From an uncultured delta proteobacterium (GTDB lineage: Bacteria > Myxococcota_A > UBA9160 > SMWR01): a DNA stretch of 64,000 nucleotides. Under the pieces are notes generated by a model, which saw only the letters and a list, made by a program, of their open reading frames with translations, was not told where the DNA came from and did not search any database. The stretch lies in NCBI GenBank assembly GCA_963832165.1, contig CAWHTE010000008.1, forward strand, positions 32,001 to 96,000. Reading direction: 5' to 3'. Positions 1-10,732 of the stretch are shown one piece after another (positions within the stretch are counted from its first letter, which is position 1; each line of letters starts with the position of its first letter). A program made the translations under genes and the position numbers.

Positions 1-1273
<1,273 letters not shown>

Positions 1274-1606
1274 GAACGAGCTCCCCCTGGGCCCCGTCGC
1301 TCGGCGTGTGCCGTGCTTCTGTCCGAGGCTGCCCAACAGTCGGCCCGTGGCCCCGGATGTCAACGGTTTCCGATGAATTCGAGTGCCATCCCGCGGGGAA
1401 TCGAGCGCTCGGGAGAACGCCTGTTTCGGGCCAGGAGTCATAAGGGCGCAACGGCGGCTCGCCGATACGGCCAAACGGGGCTAACTACTTGGATTCGCGA
1501 GACATCCGTTGAGGGGCCGCAGCCGCAGGGTTATTGTGCAATCCCGCTCCCGGGACGGAGCGGTGTCGCCAATGCTGTCGAGCGCGAAAGCGAGCGAACC
1601 ACCACC

Positions 1607-2467
1607 ATGGGTTCCGTATTCAGCTGGACGGCAAACAGCGTCTTGTTCGCGATCGGCTGCCTGCTCGCCGCCGATACCGCCAACGAGGTGATCGCGGCCG
1701 CCCTGCTTCCGGGTCCGTCTCCGACGGAAGTCGTCGCGCGCCCGGCGCCGCCGCCGGCCCGCGCTCGGACCTGGGCCGAGCGCGAGGTCATCCTGACCCG
1801 CAACCTCTTCCACTCGAGTCTCGATGCCCCGCCGCTCACCGCCGATCAGCTCGACGAAGAGCTCGAGAAATCGCGGCTCCCGGTTCAGCTGCTCGGCACA
1901 TTCGCCGCGACCGACCCGGATCTGTCGCGGGCCACGCTCGTCGACAAGGAGAAGAACGAGACGCTCGTGGTCGGAATCGGCGACCAGATCAAGAGCGTGG
2001 CGACGGTCCAGCGCATCGAGCGACGCCGCGTCGTGCTCACCGAGAACGGCGCGCCGCGCGAGCTCACGATCGGCGAGGACGAAGGCGCACAGCCGACGAT
2101 CCAGCGCGCCAACCGCCAGGCGCGCGCTCCGATCCGCCGCACCGAGGGCGGTGTCGCAGTGTCGCGCGAGGCGATCCAACAGCAGATGCGCGACCCGGCC
2201 TCACTGCTCCAGCAGGCGCGAGTCCTGCCGAAGTTCGAAGCCGGGCAGATGGTGGGTCTGCTCGTGAACGGGATCAAACCCGGCAGCATGTTCCAGGAGA
2301 TCGGTCTGAAGGACGGCGACGTGATCAAGCATTTCAACGGGATCGCGATCAACTCGCCGGACCAGAGCGCGCAGATCTTCCAGGAGCTCGCGAACGCACC
2401 CGAGTTCAACGTGGTCGTGGAAGGCGCCGACGGCGTCGAGACGGTCAGGAATTTCAGGCCGGAGTGA
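1607..2467 (+). CDS. gspC: Type II secretion protein GspC (TM + HR + PDZ domain)
   Basis: N-terminal hydrophobic segment, RNLF motif, LLGT..ATLVD HR domain, C-terminal PDZ (GLKDGDVIKHFNG); first gene of gsp cluster; start approximate. Confidence 0.88.
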   Translation: MGSVFSWTANSVLFAIGCLLAADTANEVIAAALLPGPSPTEVVARPAPPPARARTWAEREVILTRNLFHSSLDAPPLTADQLDEELEKSRLPVQLLGTFAATDPDLSRATLVDKEKNETLVVGIGDQIKSVATVQRIERRRVVLTENGAPRELTIGEDEGAQPTIQRANRQARAPIRRTEGGVAVSREAIQQQMRDPASLLQQARVLPKFEAGQMVGLLVNGIKPGSMFQEIGLKDGDVIKHFNGIAINSPDQSAQIFQELANAPEFNVVVEGADGVETVRNFRPE

Positions 2468-2499
2468 GCACGCGCGTGGCAATCCAGCGACATTCGAGA

Positions 2500-5061
2500 A
2501 TGAACCCCGCGCGACTCGCGCTCCTGCCGCTGTTCGCGCTCCTCGTGGCGGGCACACCGCTCGCGGCCGCAGCGCAGGCGCAGCCGGGCGGACAACAGCC
2601 CGGCGCGCGTCCCGCCTTCGAGCCCGGCGCGATGGTCACGCTCGACTTCGCCGACGCCGAGCTCGCGCAGGTGATCGAGACGATCGCGCGCGCGACCAAC
2701 CGCAACTTCATCTACGACGACCGCGTGCGCGGACGCGTGACGATCGTCTCGCCGGAACCGATCCCGGTCGAGCAGGCGTATGCGGTGTTCGAGTCGGTGC
2801 TCCAGGTGAAGGGCTTCACCACGGTGACGACGCCCGGCGGCGCGATCAAGGTGGTGCCGGTGCGCGAGGCGAAGGAGTCGAGCATCGAGACGGTGCAGAG
2901 CTCGAAGCGCCCGCCGAACCGCGACACCTTCGTCACGCGCCTGATCCCGCTGCGCTACATCGACGCCGACTCGATCGTGAACACGCTCAAGCCTCTGGTC
3001 TCGAAGGATGCGGCGATGGCCGCCTATCCGCCCACGAATACGGTGATCCTCACCGAGTCCTCGTCGAACATCCGGCGCCTGATCGCGATCCTCGAGTCGA
3101 TCGACGTCGAGACCTACAAGGAAGACCTCGCCGTCATCCCGATCGAGTACGCCGATGCCGCGACGCTGGCCGAGCAGGTGTCAGAGATCTACGGCGCCGA
3201 TGTGGCCGAGGGCACCGCGTTCGATTCGCGGCGCGCCGCTCGGCGCCGCGTCGCGAACCCGGCGGACCCGAACGCCCCGAGCGCGCACAAGCCGCCGGTG
3301 CGAATCATCACCGACGAGCGCACGAACTCGCTGCTCGTTCTCGCAGCACGCCAGCAGCTCGACGAGGTGCGTCGCCTGGTCGCGAAGCTCGATGTGCCCG
3401 TGACGGGTGGCGGACGGATCCACGTCTACTACCTGAACAACGCGAACGCGGAAGAGCTCGCAGAGACGCTCGCGGGGCTGGTCGGGGGCACAGGCAGCAG
3501 CACCAGCAGCAGATCGTCGGGCGCGACCGGCGGGCAGACGGTGCCCGCGAATGGCCTCGGCGGCGGCGCGGGGGCCGTGCCCGCGATCCGCACCGCGGTG
3601 GCGGGGCTCGAGGGCGGGATCTCGGTGACGGCCGACCCCGCGACCAACTCGCTGATCATCCAGGCGAGCCAGGAGGGCTTCAACACCCTCGCTCAAGTGA
3701 TCGAGAAGCTCGACGTCGAGCGACCCCAGGTGTCGGTCGAGGCGTTGATCATGGAGCTCACGGTCAACGACAACCTCGGCATCGGATTCTCGGGGCTGCT
3801 CAAAGTGATCGATGGCGACGAGGCGCTCACGCTGGCGACCACGACGGCTGCCACCGGGGCAACCGGGGTTCCCGTCGATCCCGGCATCCTGGCTCCGCTG
3901 CTCGGGCGCTTCCTCAGTGACACGCGCGATCTCGACGCCACGGGCAACCGCGTCGGCGACGGCACGCTGATCGATTCGCTGATCACGCTCTCCGCCACGG
4001 ACGGCGACATCAACATCGTTTCGGCGCCACACATCCTCACCTCCGACAACGAAGAGGCCGAGATCCGCGTCGGCAACAACATTCCGATCATCTCGAGCCG
4101 CGTCGAATCGGCGGCGGGTGTGGATACCGGCACGAATCTGGCGAGCTCCGTGAACGTCGAGCGCCAGGACATCGGCGTGACGCTGCGCGTGACGCCGCAG
4201 ATCACCGAGGGCGACAGCCTGCGGCTCGAGATCTTCCAGGAGATCACCGAGATCAACAACGCGCTGTCGAGCCAGGGCAAGGGCGGCGTCGGAAATCCCG
4301 AGGACGTCGGCGTCGCGCTCTCGAACCGGCGCGTCGAGAACACCGTGGTGGTGCGCGACGGCGAGACGGTCGTGATCGGCGGCCTGCTCTCGGACTCGGT
4401 GGACGACACCGTCACGAAGGTGCCGTGGCTCGGCGACATCCCGTTCCTCGGCTGGATGTTCAAGTCGACCACGACCAACACGCGCAAGACGAACCTGCTC
4501 GTATTCCTCACGCCGCGCATCGTGCGCACGCCGCTCGATCTCGAGAACGACTCGATCCGGCGCCGCGAGGAGTTCCAGGACCACTCCGGCCGCACGATCG
4601 AGCTCTCCGACGAGGATCGCGAGGAGGAGGCGAAGCGCTTCGCGGCCGCACGAGAAGAGGGAGTTCGCTACACGCCGCGCGAGTACGACAAGCCGGTCAA
4701 GGAGCGCATCGCGGGACACTCCGCGCGCTACCCGCGCGAGCGAATCAACGAGATCGAGACGATCCGCGCCGAGGAGCGCGCGAAGGCGCTCGAGGCCGGC
4801 CGCGTGATCGGCCCGCGCTATCTGCTCCAGGCCGCGATCCTCGCCGACCCCGACAAGGCCGCCTCGCTGCTCACCGACCTGATCGATTCCGGCCACGACG
4901 GCACGCTCATCTCGTCGCCGCTCGGCAACAGCGTCGTGTACGAAATCCACCTGGGACCGTTCGCCACGCTCGAGCAGGCGAACACGGTCGGCGAAGCGGT
5001 GCGCCGCTCGCACGGACTCACGCCCGCGATTCTCGTTCTCGACGGCGAGAAGAAGGAATGA
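2500..5061 (+). CDS. gspD: Type II secretion secretin GspD with C-terminal SPOR-like extension
   Basis: Signal peptide, N0 (VTLDFADAEL..NFIYDDRVRG), N-domain repeats (D.RTNSL), secretin core (DGETVVIGGL..KVPWLGDIPFLGWMF..NLLVFLTPRIV). Confidence 0.96.
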   Translation: MNPARLALLPLFALLVAGTPLAAAAQAQPGGQQPGARPAFEPGAMVTLDFADAELAQVIETIARATNRNFIYDDRVRGRVTIVSPEPIPVEQAYAVFESVLQVKGFTTVTTPGGAIKVVPVREAKESSIETVQSSKRPPNRDTFVTRLIPLRYIDADSIVNTLKPLVSKDAAMAAYPPTNTVILTESSSNIRRLIAILESIDVETYKEDLAVIPIEYADAATLAEQVSEIYGADVAEGTAFDSRRAARRRVANPADPNAPSAHKPPVRIITDERTNSLLVLAARQQLDEVRRLVAKLDVPVTGGGRIHVYYLNNANAEELAETLAGLVGGTGSSTSSRSSGATGGQTVPANGLGGGAGAVPAIRTAVAGLEGGISVTADPATNSLIIQASQEGFNTLAQVIEKLDVERPQVSVEALIMELTVNDNLGIGFSGLLKVIDGDEALTLATTTAATGATGVPVDPGILAPLLGRFLSDTRDLDATGNRVGDGTLIDSLITLSATDGDINIVSAPHILTSDNEEAEIRVGNNIPIISSRVESAAGVDTGTNLASSVNVERQDIGVTLRVTPQITEGDSLRLEIFQEITEINNALSSQGKGGVGNPEDVGVALSNRRVENTVVVRDGETVVIGGLLSDSVDDTVTKVPWLGDIPFLGWMFKSTTTNTRKTNLLVFLTPRIVRTPLDLENDSIRRREEFQDHSGRTIELSDEDREEEAKRFAAAREEGVRYTPREYDKPVKERIAGHSARYPRERINEIETIRAEERAKALEAGRVIGPRYLLQAAILADPDKAASLLTDLIDSGHDGTLISSPLGNSVVYEIHLGPFATLEQANTVGEAVRRSHGLTPAILVLDGEKKE

Positions 5062-6806
5062 GCGAGCTGCTGCGCGCGTCGCCGAGCCCGCGCGATCTCG
5101 GGGAGATCCTGCTGCGCACGACCTCGCTCACCGAGGATCAGCTCGAGTCCGCGCGCGCGGCTCAGCGCGAATCGGGCGGCCGGCTCGGCGACCTGCTCGT
5201 CGCGCGCGGTCACGTCTCCGCGGACCAGCTGCTCGGCGCGCTGGCCGAGCAGCTCGGACTGCCCGTGCGCGCGCAGATCCACCAGGTCGACGTCGACGAG
5301 AGCCTGATCGAACGGCTGCCGATCGGCTTCGCCAAGGACCGTCGGGTGCTTCCGCTCTCGCGCGAGGTGGGCGGCGCCGTGCGCGTCGCCGTGACCGATC
5401 CGCTCGACACCGCGCCGCTCGACGATCTGCGCCTGCTGTTCGGCGGCGCCGACATCGTGATCGAGCTCGCCACCCAGCGCACGATCCTGGGCGCGATCAA
5501 CGAGGTCTACGATCGCGGACCCGGCTCCACCGACGCACTCGCCTCCGACGCAGCCGAGGACCTCTCGATGCTCGCGAGCGAGATCAGCCAGGAGCCGCAG
5601 GACCTGCTCGAGTCGGGCGAAGACGACGCGCCGATCATCAAGCTCGTCAATTCGCTGCTGCACAACGCGGTGAAGGAGCGCGCGAGCGATCTGCACCTCG
5701 AGCCGTTCGAGAACGAGCTGCGCGTGCGGTTCCGGATCGACAACGTGCTCTACGAGCCGATCAAGCCGCTGCCGAAGGCGCTCCAGGCCAGCATCGTGTC
5801 GCGCATCAAGATCATGGGCCGGCTCAACATCGCCGAGAAGCGCCTGCCGCAGGACGGCCGGATCCGGCTCAAGATCGCCGGCCGCGACTACGACGTGCGG
5901 CTCTCGACGCTGCCGGTCGCCTACGGCGAGCGCGTGGTGATGCGGCTGCTCCCGCGCACCCAGGAGCTGCTCGACCTCACGACGCTCGGCTTCGACGAGC
6001 AGCAGCTCGCGATCTTGAACAGGCTGATCACGCGCCCGAACGGCATCGTGCTCGTCACGGGGCCCACCGGCAGCGGCAAGACCACGACGCTCTACGGCGC
6101 GCTCGCGCGGATCAACGCCACCGACAAGAACATCATCACGATCGAGGACCCGGTCGAGATCCAGCTTCCGGGCATCGGTCAGATCGAGGTGAACGCGAAG
6201 GTCGATCTCACGTTCGCGCGGGGACTGCGTTCGATCCTGCGCCAGGACCCGAACGTGATCCTGGTCGGTGAGATCCGCGACCTCGAGACCGCCGAAATCG
6301 CGATCCAGGCCTCGCTCACGGGCCACCTCGTGTTCTCGACGCTGCACACCAACGATGCGCCCAGCGCGATCACGCGCCTCGTCGACATGGGTGTCGAGCC
6401 GTTCCTGGTCGGCTCGTCGCTCGTCGCGGTGCTCGCGCAGCGGCTCGTGCGCGTGCTGTGCGCGGACTGCAAGGTGGCCTACGAAGCGACCGCCGAGGAG
6501 CTCGCGGAGCTCGGGATCAAGACCACGGGGCGATCCGTGCGGCTGTACCGGCCCGAGGGCTGTGCGGGCTGCAACTACGCCGGCTATCGCGGCCGCGTCG
6601 GCATCTTCGAGCTGATGCAGGTCGACGACGAGATCCGCGCGCTCGTGAGCCAGAACATCGACTCGAAGTCGATCAAGAGCGCGGCGGTGCGACGCGGCAT
6701 GCACCCTCTGCGCTCCGACGGCGCGCGCAAGGTCCTCGCTGGCGTGACGTCGGTCGCCGAGGTGCTGCGCGCGACCGAGGAACAGGGCGCTGTCGCCCAG
6801 ATCTAG
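5058..6806 (+). CDS. gspE: Type II secretion ATPase GspE
   Basis: Walker A GPTGSGKTTT, RASDLHLEP, LRQDPNVILVGEIRD, TGHLVFSTLHTND, tetracysteine motif. Confidence 0.97.
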   Translation: MSELLRASPSPRDLGEILLRTTSLTEDQLESARAAQRESGGRLGDLLVARGHVSADQLLGALAEQLGLPVRAQIHQVDVDESLIERLPIGFAKDRRVLPLSREVGGAVRVAVTDPLDTAPLDDLRLLFGGADIVIELATQRTILGAINEVYDRGPGSTDALASDAAEDLSMLASEISQEPQDLLESGEDDAPIIKLVNSLLHNAVKERASDLHLEPFENELRVRFRIDNVLYEPIKPLPKALQASIVSRIKIMGRLNIAEKRLPQDGRIRLKIAGRDYDVRLSTLPVAYGERVVMRLLPRTQELLDLTTLGFDEQQLAILNRLITRPNGIVLVTGPTGSGKTTTLYGALARINATDKNIITIEDPVEIQLPGIGQIEVNAKVDLTFARGLRSILRQDPNVILVGEIRDLETAEIAIQASLTGHLVFSTLHTNDAPSAITRLVDMGVEPFLVGSSLVAVLAQRLVRVLCADCKVAYEATAEELAELGIKTTGRSVRLYRPEGCAGCNYAGYRGRVGIFELMQVDDEIRALVSQNIDSKSIKSAAVRRGMHPLRSDGARKVLAGVTSVAEVLRATEEQGAVAQI

Positions 6807-6818
6807 TCAGGAGAGCGC

Positions 6819-8057
6819 GTGCCGGTCTACGCATACAAGGGCGTCACGGCCGCCGGGAAGAAGACTCGCGGCCACCTCGACGCAGAGAGCCCGCGCACGG
6901 CGCGCGCGCGCCTGCGCCGCGACGGCATCTTCCTGACCGAGCTTGCGGAGGGTGGCGAAGCGTCCGCGCGCGCAGATTCGCCCAGCCGGTTCGCGCTCGC
7001 GCTGCCGACCCTCTCGCGCGTCTCGTCGCTCGATCTCGCGCTGGCCACGCGCCAGCTGTCCACGCTGGTCGGGGCGGGGATTCCGCTCGTCTCCGCGCTG
7101 CGGGCGCTCACCGATCAGAGCGAGAACGCGAAACTCAAGAGCGTGATCGGCCAGGTGTGCGACCGCGTGAACGAGGGCGCTGCGCTCGCCGACGCGATGG
7201 CGGCGTCGGGCGGCGTCTTCCCGGACCTCTACGTGGGCATGGTGCGCGCGGGCGAGGCCGGCGGCGCGCTCGAGACCGTGCTCGAGCGGCTCGCCGACTA
7301 CCTCGAGAGCCAGGTGCGTCTGCGGAACAAGGTCTCCTCGATCATCATCTACCCCGCGATGATGTTCCTGTTCGCGTGCCTCGTGGTGGGCATCCTCGTG
7401 ACGGTCGTGCTGCCCCAGATCACCGAGCTGCTCGCGAGCCTGAACCAGCCCCTGCCCTTCTACACGCGCTGGATCATCGCGGGCAGCCATTTCACGCGCG
7501 ATTACTGGTGGTTGATGGCGCTCGCCGGGGTCGCGCTCGCGTTCGCGTTCCGCGCCGCCGTGCGCACCGAGCGCGGCCGCGCGGCGTACGATCGCTTCAA
7601 GCTCCGCGCGCCCGTGATCGGGCGCCTCGTGCGCATGCTCGCGATCTCGCGCTTCGCGCGGACGCTGTCCACGCTACTTTCAGGGGGGCTGCCGATCACG
7701 CGCGCGCTGGAGACGGCATCCGAGGTGACGGGGAACACCGTGCTCGCGGCGGCGATCGACGCCGCCCGCACGAGCATCACCGAGGGTGCGAGCGTGGCGG
7801 CGCCGCTGCGCGCGAGCGGGCAGTTCCCGCCCATGGTGACCCACATGATCGAAGTCGGAGAGCAGAGCGGCGAGCTCGAGTCGATGCTCGCCAAGGTCTC
7901 CGAGACGTACGAGGAACAGGTCGAAACCACGGTGACGCGGCTGACCGCGCTGCTCGAACCGATCCTGATCCTGATGATGGTCGGGATCGTGCTCGTGATC
8001 ATTCTCGCGACGCTCGTGCCTCTGCTGCAGATCACGAGCTCGCTCGGGGCGCAATAG
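6819..8057 (+). CDS. gspF: Type II secretion inner-membrane platform protein GspF
   Basis: MPVYAYKG start, two GspF repeats (MVRAGEAGG / MIEVGEQSGEL), LLEPILI. Confidence 0.96.
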   Translation: MPVYAYKGVTAAGKKTRGHLDAESPRTARARLRRDGIFLTELAEGGEASARADSPSRFALALPTLSRVSSLDLALATRQLSTLVGAGIPLVSALRALTDQSENAKLKSVIGQVCDRVNEGAALADAMAASGGVFPDLYVGMVRAGEAGGALETVLERLADYLESQVRLRNKVSSIIIYPAMMFLFACLVVGILVTVVLPQITELLASLNQPLPFYTRWIIAGSHFTRDYWWLMALAGVALAFAFRAAVRTERGRAAYDRFKLRAPVIGRLVRMLAISRFARTLSTLLSGGLPITRALETASEVTGNTVLAAAIDAARTSITEGASVAAPLRASGQFPPMVTHMIEVGEQSGELESMLAKVSETYEEQVETTVTRLTALLEPILILMMVGIVLVIILATLVPLLQITSSLGAQ

Positions 8058-8065
8058 GAGGTCTT

Positions 8066-8548
8066 ATGGCTGGAAATCGGGGCCGTGGGCGAGCGAAGTC
8101 CATGAGGCGTGGCTTCACATTGATCGAGATCATGGCGGTGGTGCTGATCATCGGCCTGCTCAGCACACTGGTAGGGCTCGCGATCTTTCCGCAGATCGAC
8201 AAGGCCCGCGTGAACACGGCGCGGACCCAGCTCTCGATGCTCGACGCCGCGCTCGAGGCGTACCGCATGGACAACGCGAACTTCCCGACCAGCGAACAGG
8301 GCCTCGTGGCGCTGATCCGTCCGCCGCCGGAAGCGCGCAACCCGCTGCCCGGCGGTTACCTGCGCGAGCAGCGCATTCCCGAAGATCCGTGGGGCAATCC
8401 GTTCCAGTACGAATTCCCGGGCCAGCACAACACCCACGCGTACGACCTCTGGTCGTTCGGCGCCGACGGGAACCCCGGCGGCGAAGGTGTCGACGCCGAC
8501 ATCGGCAATTGGACGGAAGACCAGCAGACGCAGGCCCAGGCCGGCTAG
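8066..8548 (+). CDS. gspG: Major pseudopilin GspG
   Basis: Class III signal RRG|FTLIEIM, FPTSEQGL, DPWGNPFQY, DLWSFGADG; GGAGG RBS upstream. Confidence 0.96.
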   Translation: MAGNRGRGRAKSMRRGFTLIEIMAVVLIIGLLSTLVGLAIFPQIDKARVNTARTQLSMLDAALEAYRMDNANFPTSEQGLVALIRPPPEARNPLPGGYLREQRIPEDPWGNPFQYEFPGQHNTHAYDLWSFGADGNPGGEGVDADIGNWTEDQQTQAQAG

Positions 8549-8551
8549 GCG

Positions 8552-9130
8552 ATGGCGACGAGGAGGCGAGGATTCACTCTGATCGAGATCCTCGCCGTGG
8601 TCGCGATCCTCGCGCTCGTGGCGGCCTTCGTGGTGCCCAACATGGGTGGGTTCCGCAGGCGCGCGCTGCGCAACGAGGCGGAGCAGCTCGCATCGCAGCT
8701 CGAGCTCGCGCGCCAGCGCGCGATCGTGACCGGTGTGCCGCACCGCGTATGGCTCGGGCTCGAGCAGGCCGAGTACCGCCTCGAGTGGCTCGCGGTGGAC
8801 CCCGAGGCCGATCCGGAGCTCGCCGAGCCCGAAGAGGTCGACCTGCGCGGCAACACGCCGCTCTCGCTCGTGGCACCGCGCCGCCGCGAGCTCGACTACC
8901 ACCCGATCCCGGGCAACTTCGGACGCCTCCAGGTGGTCGCCGATCCGTTCTACTTCCAGGGCGTGGAGACGGCCGAGGGTCGGATCACGCGCGGCGAGGT
9001 ATCCGTCGAGTTCGCGCGCGACGGCAGCGCGGACTACACCGAGATCTACCTGGAGGACGCCCAGGGCGATCAGATCGCGCTCGACGTCCACCCGCTCGAC
9101 GAGCGGGTCCGGATCCGACATGAGCTCTAG
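8552..9130 (+). CDS. gspH: Minor pseudopilin GspH-like
   Basis: RRG|FTLIEIL prepilin motif, ARQRAIVTG; position after gspG. Confidence 0.85.
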   Translation: MATRRRGFTLIEILAVVAILALVAAFVVPNMGGFRRRALRNEAEQLASQLELARQRAIVTGVPHRVWLGLEQAEYRLEWLAVDPEADPELAEPEEVDLRGNTPLSLVAPRRRELDYHPIPGNFGRLQVVADPFYFQGVETAEGRITRGEVSVEFARDGSADYTEIYLEDAQGDQIALDVHPLDERVRIRHEL

Positions 9131-9746
9131 CCGCTCCGTCTCCGTGCGCGGCTTCACGTTGCTCGAAGTGATGGCCGCCGTGCTCGTGCTCGGCCTGCTC
9201 TACACGGTGCTCGCAGGTGCTGCGATGCGCGGGCTGCGCTCCGAGGGCACTGATCGGCGCCGCGCCGACGCCGAGCTGATCGCCGATCGAGAGCTCACGA
9301 CGATCGAGGCGGAGCTCGAGGCCGGCGCAGCTCTCGAGGACGGCCGCACGGAGCTCGAAGTGGAGCCGTACCAGGTGCTGATCGAGATCGCGCCTGCCGA
9401 CGTCATCGCGATGCTACCGGCGTCGCTGGGCCGCGAGATCGCCAAGACCACCGATCCGAAGGCTCCGTCGCTGCTCCACGACGAGCGCGGAGAGAGCCGC
9501 ATCTGGCGCGTGTCGGTGGTCGTGGCATGGGACGAGGCCGGCGAGCCCGACCAGGTCGAGCGCACGACCTTCGCGTTCGACAAGTCGGCGCTCGCCCAGT
9601 TCTTCCCGTCCGAGTCCGAATCCCCGGGCAGCGAAGCGGCGGCAACCGACGATCCCTACGCAGAGCTGCGCAAGGACGCCCCGCCCGAGCTCCAGGAGCT
9701 GATGCCGGGCGCCCCGGCTCCGAAGGCTCCGAGGCGGCGGCGATGA
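9120..9746 (+). CDS. gspI: Minor pseudopilin GspI-like
   Basis: RG|FTLLEVMAA prepilin motif; cluster order. Confidence 0.8.
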   Translation: MSSSRSVSVRGFTLLEVMAAVLVLGLLYTVLAGAAMRGLRSEGTDRRRADAELIADRELTTIEAELEAGAALEDGRTELEVEPYQVLIEIAPADVIAMLPASLGREIAKTTDPKAPSLLHDERGESRIWRVSVVVAWDEAGEPDQVERTTFAFDKSALAQFFPSESESPGSEAAATDDPYAELRKDAPPELQELMPGAPAPKAPRRRR

Positions 9747-10732
9747 ACGCGCACCCCGATCGAGGACGCGCCGCGCATCGGCGGTTCGGCTTCACGCTAT
9801 TCGAGATGCTCGGAGTCGTACTCGTGACGGCGCTCCTGCTCGGCGCCGCGATCAGCTTCTACCTGAACCTCACGCGGCAGGCGGCGCGAGCGAGCGAGAG
9901 CACGCGCGAGGTCCGGCGGGCCACGGCGCTGCTCGATCGGATCGCGAGCGACCTCGAGCACACGATGCTCGTGAAGAAGCCCCCGGAAGAGGACGCGCTC
10001 GCGAGTCCGTGGCTCTTTCTCGCGGAGAGCCGCTTCTCGCAACCGAGCGGAGAGCGCGGTGCAGACCAGCTCAAGTTCATCCGGCGCGAGATCCCGCGCT
10101 CGAGCGATGGACCCGCGTCCGACCTCGCGATGGTCGCCTACACGCTCGACCAGGCCGAGGACGGTGCGAACTTCGAGCTGCGCCGCTGGTCCATGTCCGA
10201 GCTGCCCGAGAGCCTGGACCGCGAGTTTCCGCGCACGGACGATCCCGCCGCGTTCCTGCTCGCGGACGATCTCAGCTACTTCGCGCTGCGCTTCCTCGAC
10301 GACGGCGGCAACTGGGTCGACCGCTGGGACTCCACCCAGCTCGTCGAGTCGAGCGAGCTGCCGCTCGCGGTCGAGATCGAGGTCGCCCTGGCTCCTCCCG
10401 CCGCCCCCGGCGCCGAGCCCGAGCTCGACGTCGAGCCGATGCACTACGCGCGCCGGGTCGAGCTGCCGCTGCGCCCGCTCGACCTCGAGGCGCTGCTGAA
10501 TCCCGACGAGGAGAAGGAGGTCGCGCAGGAGGAAGGCGACGAGGAGGACGAGGACGGGGGACGCACGCTCGCCGACTGTGTCGACGTGGGCAAACTCAGA
10601 GGGGTCTCGGGCCTCTCGGAATCGGACATCGCCACGCTGGCCGCCGCGATCCAGAACTCTCCGGCCGCGGCGTTCGCGCCCTACGCGGCCGCACTCGCGG
10701 GTCACCCCGCGGTGAACCCGGACTGCTTCTGA
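9743..10732 (+). CDS. gspJ: Minor pseudopilin GspJ-like
   Basis: FG|FTLFEML prepilin motif, WVDRWDS..LPLAVEIEV GspJ-type C-terminal motif. Confidence 0.85.
   Translation: MNAHPDRGRAAHRRFGFTLFEMLGVVLVTALLLGAAISFYLNLTRQAARASESTREVRRATALLDRIASDLEHTMLVKKPPEEDALASPWLFLAESRFSQPSGERGADQLKFIRREIPRSSDGPASDLAMVAYTLDQAEDGANFELRRWSMSELPESLDREFPRTDDPAAFLLADDLSYFALRFLDDGGNWVDRWDSTQLVESSELPLAVEIEVALAPPAAPGAEPELDVEPMHYARRVELPLRPLDLEALLNPDEEKEVAQEEGDEEDEDGGRTLADCVDVGKLRGVSGLSESDIATLAAAIQNSPAAAFAPYAAALAGHPAVNPDCF

Noticed and set aside
1335..1363. TTGACA on the minus strand upstream of dnaK
   Set aside because: Perfect -35 but no convincing -10 at a 16-18 nt spacing; too weak to call
1372..1390. Possible CIRCE or sigma54 site upstream of dnaK (GAGTGCCA / TGGCACTC)
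   Set aside because: Only one CIRCE half-site is present, and the sigma54 -12 GC is missing
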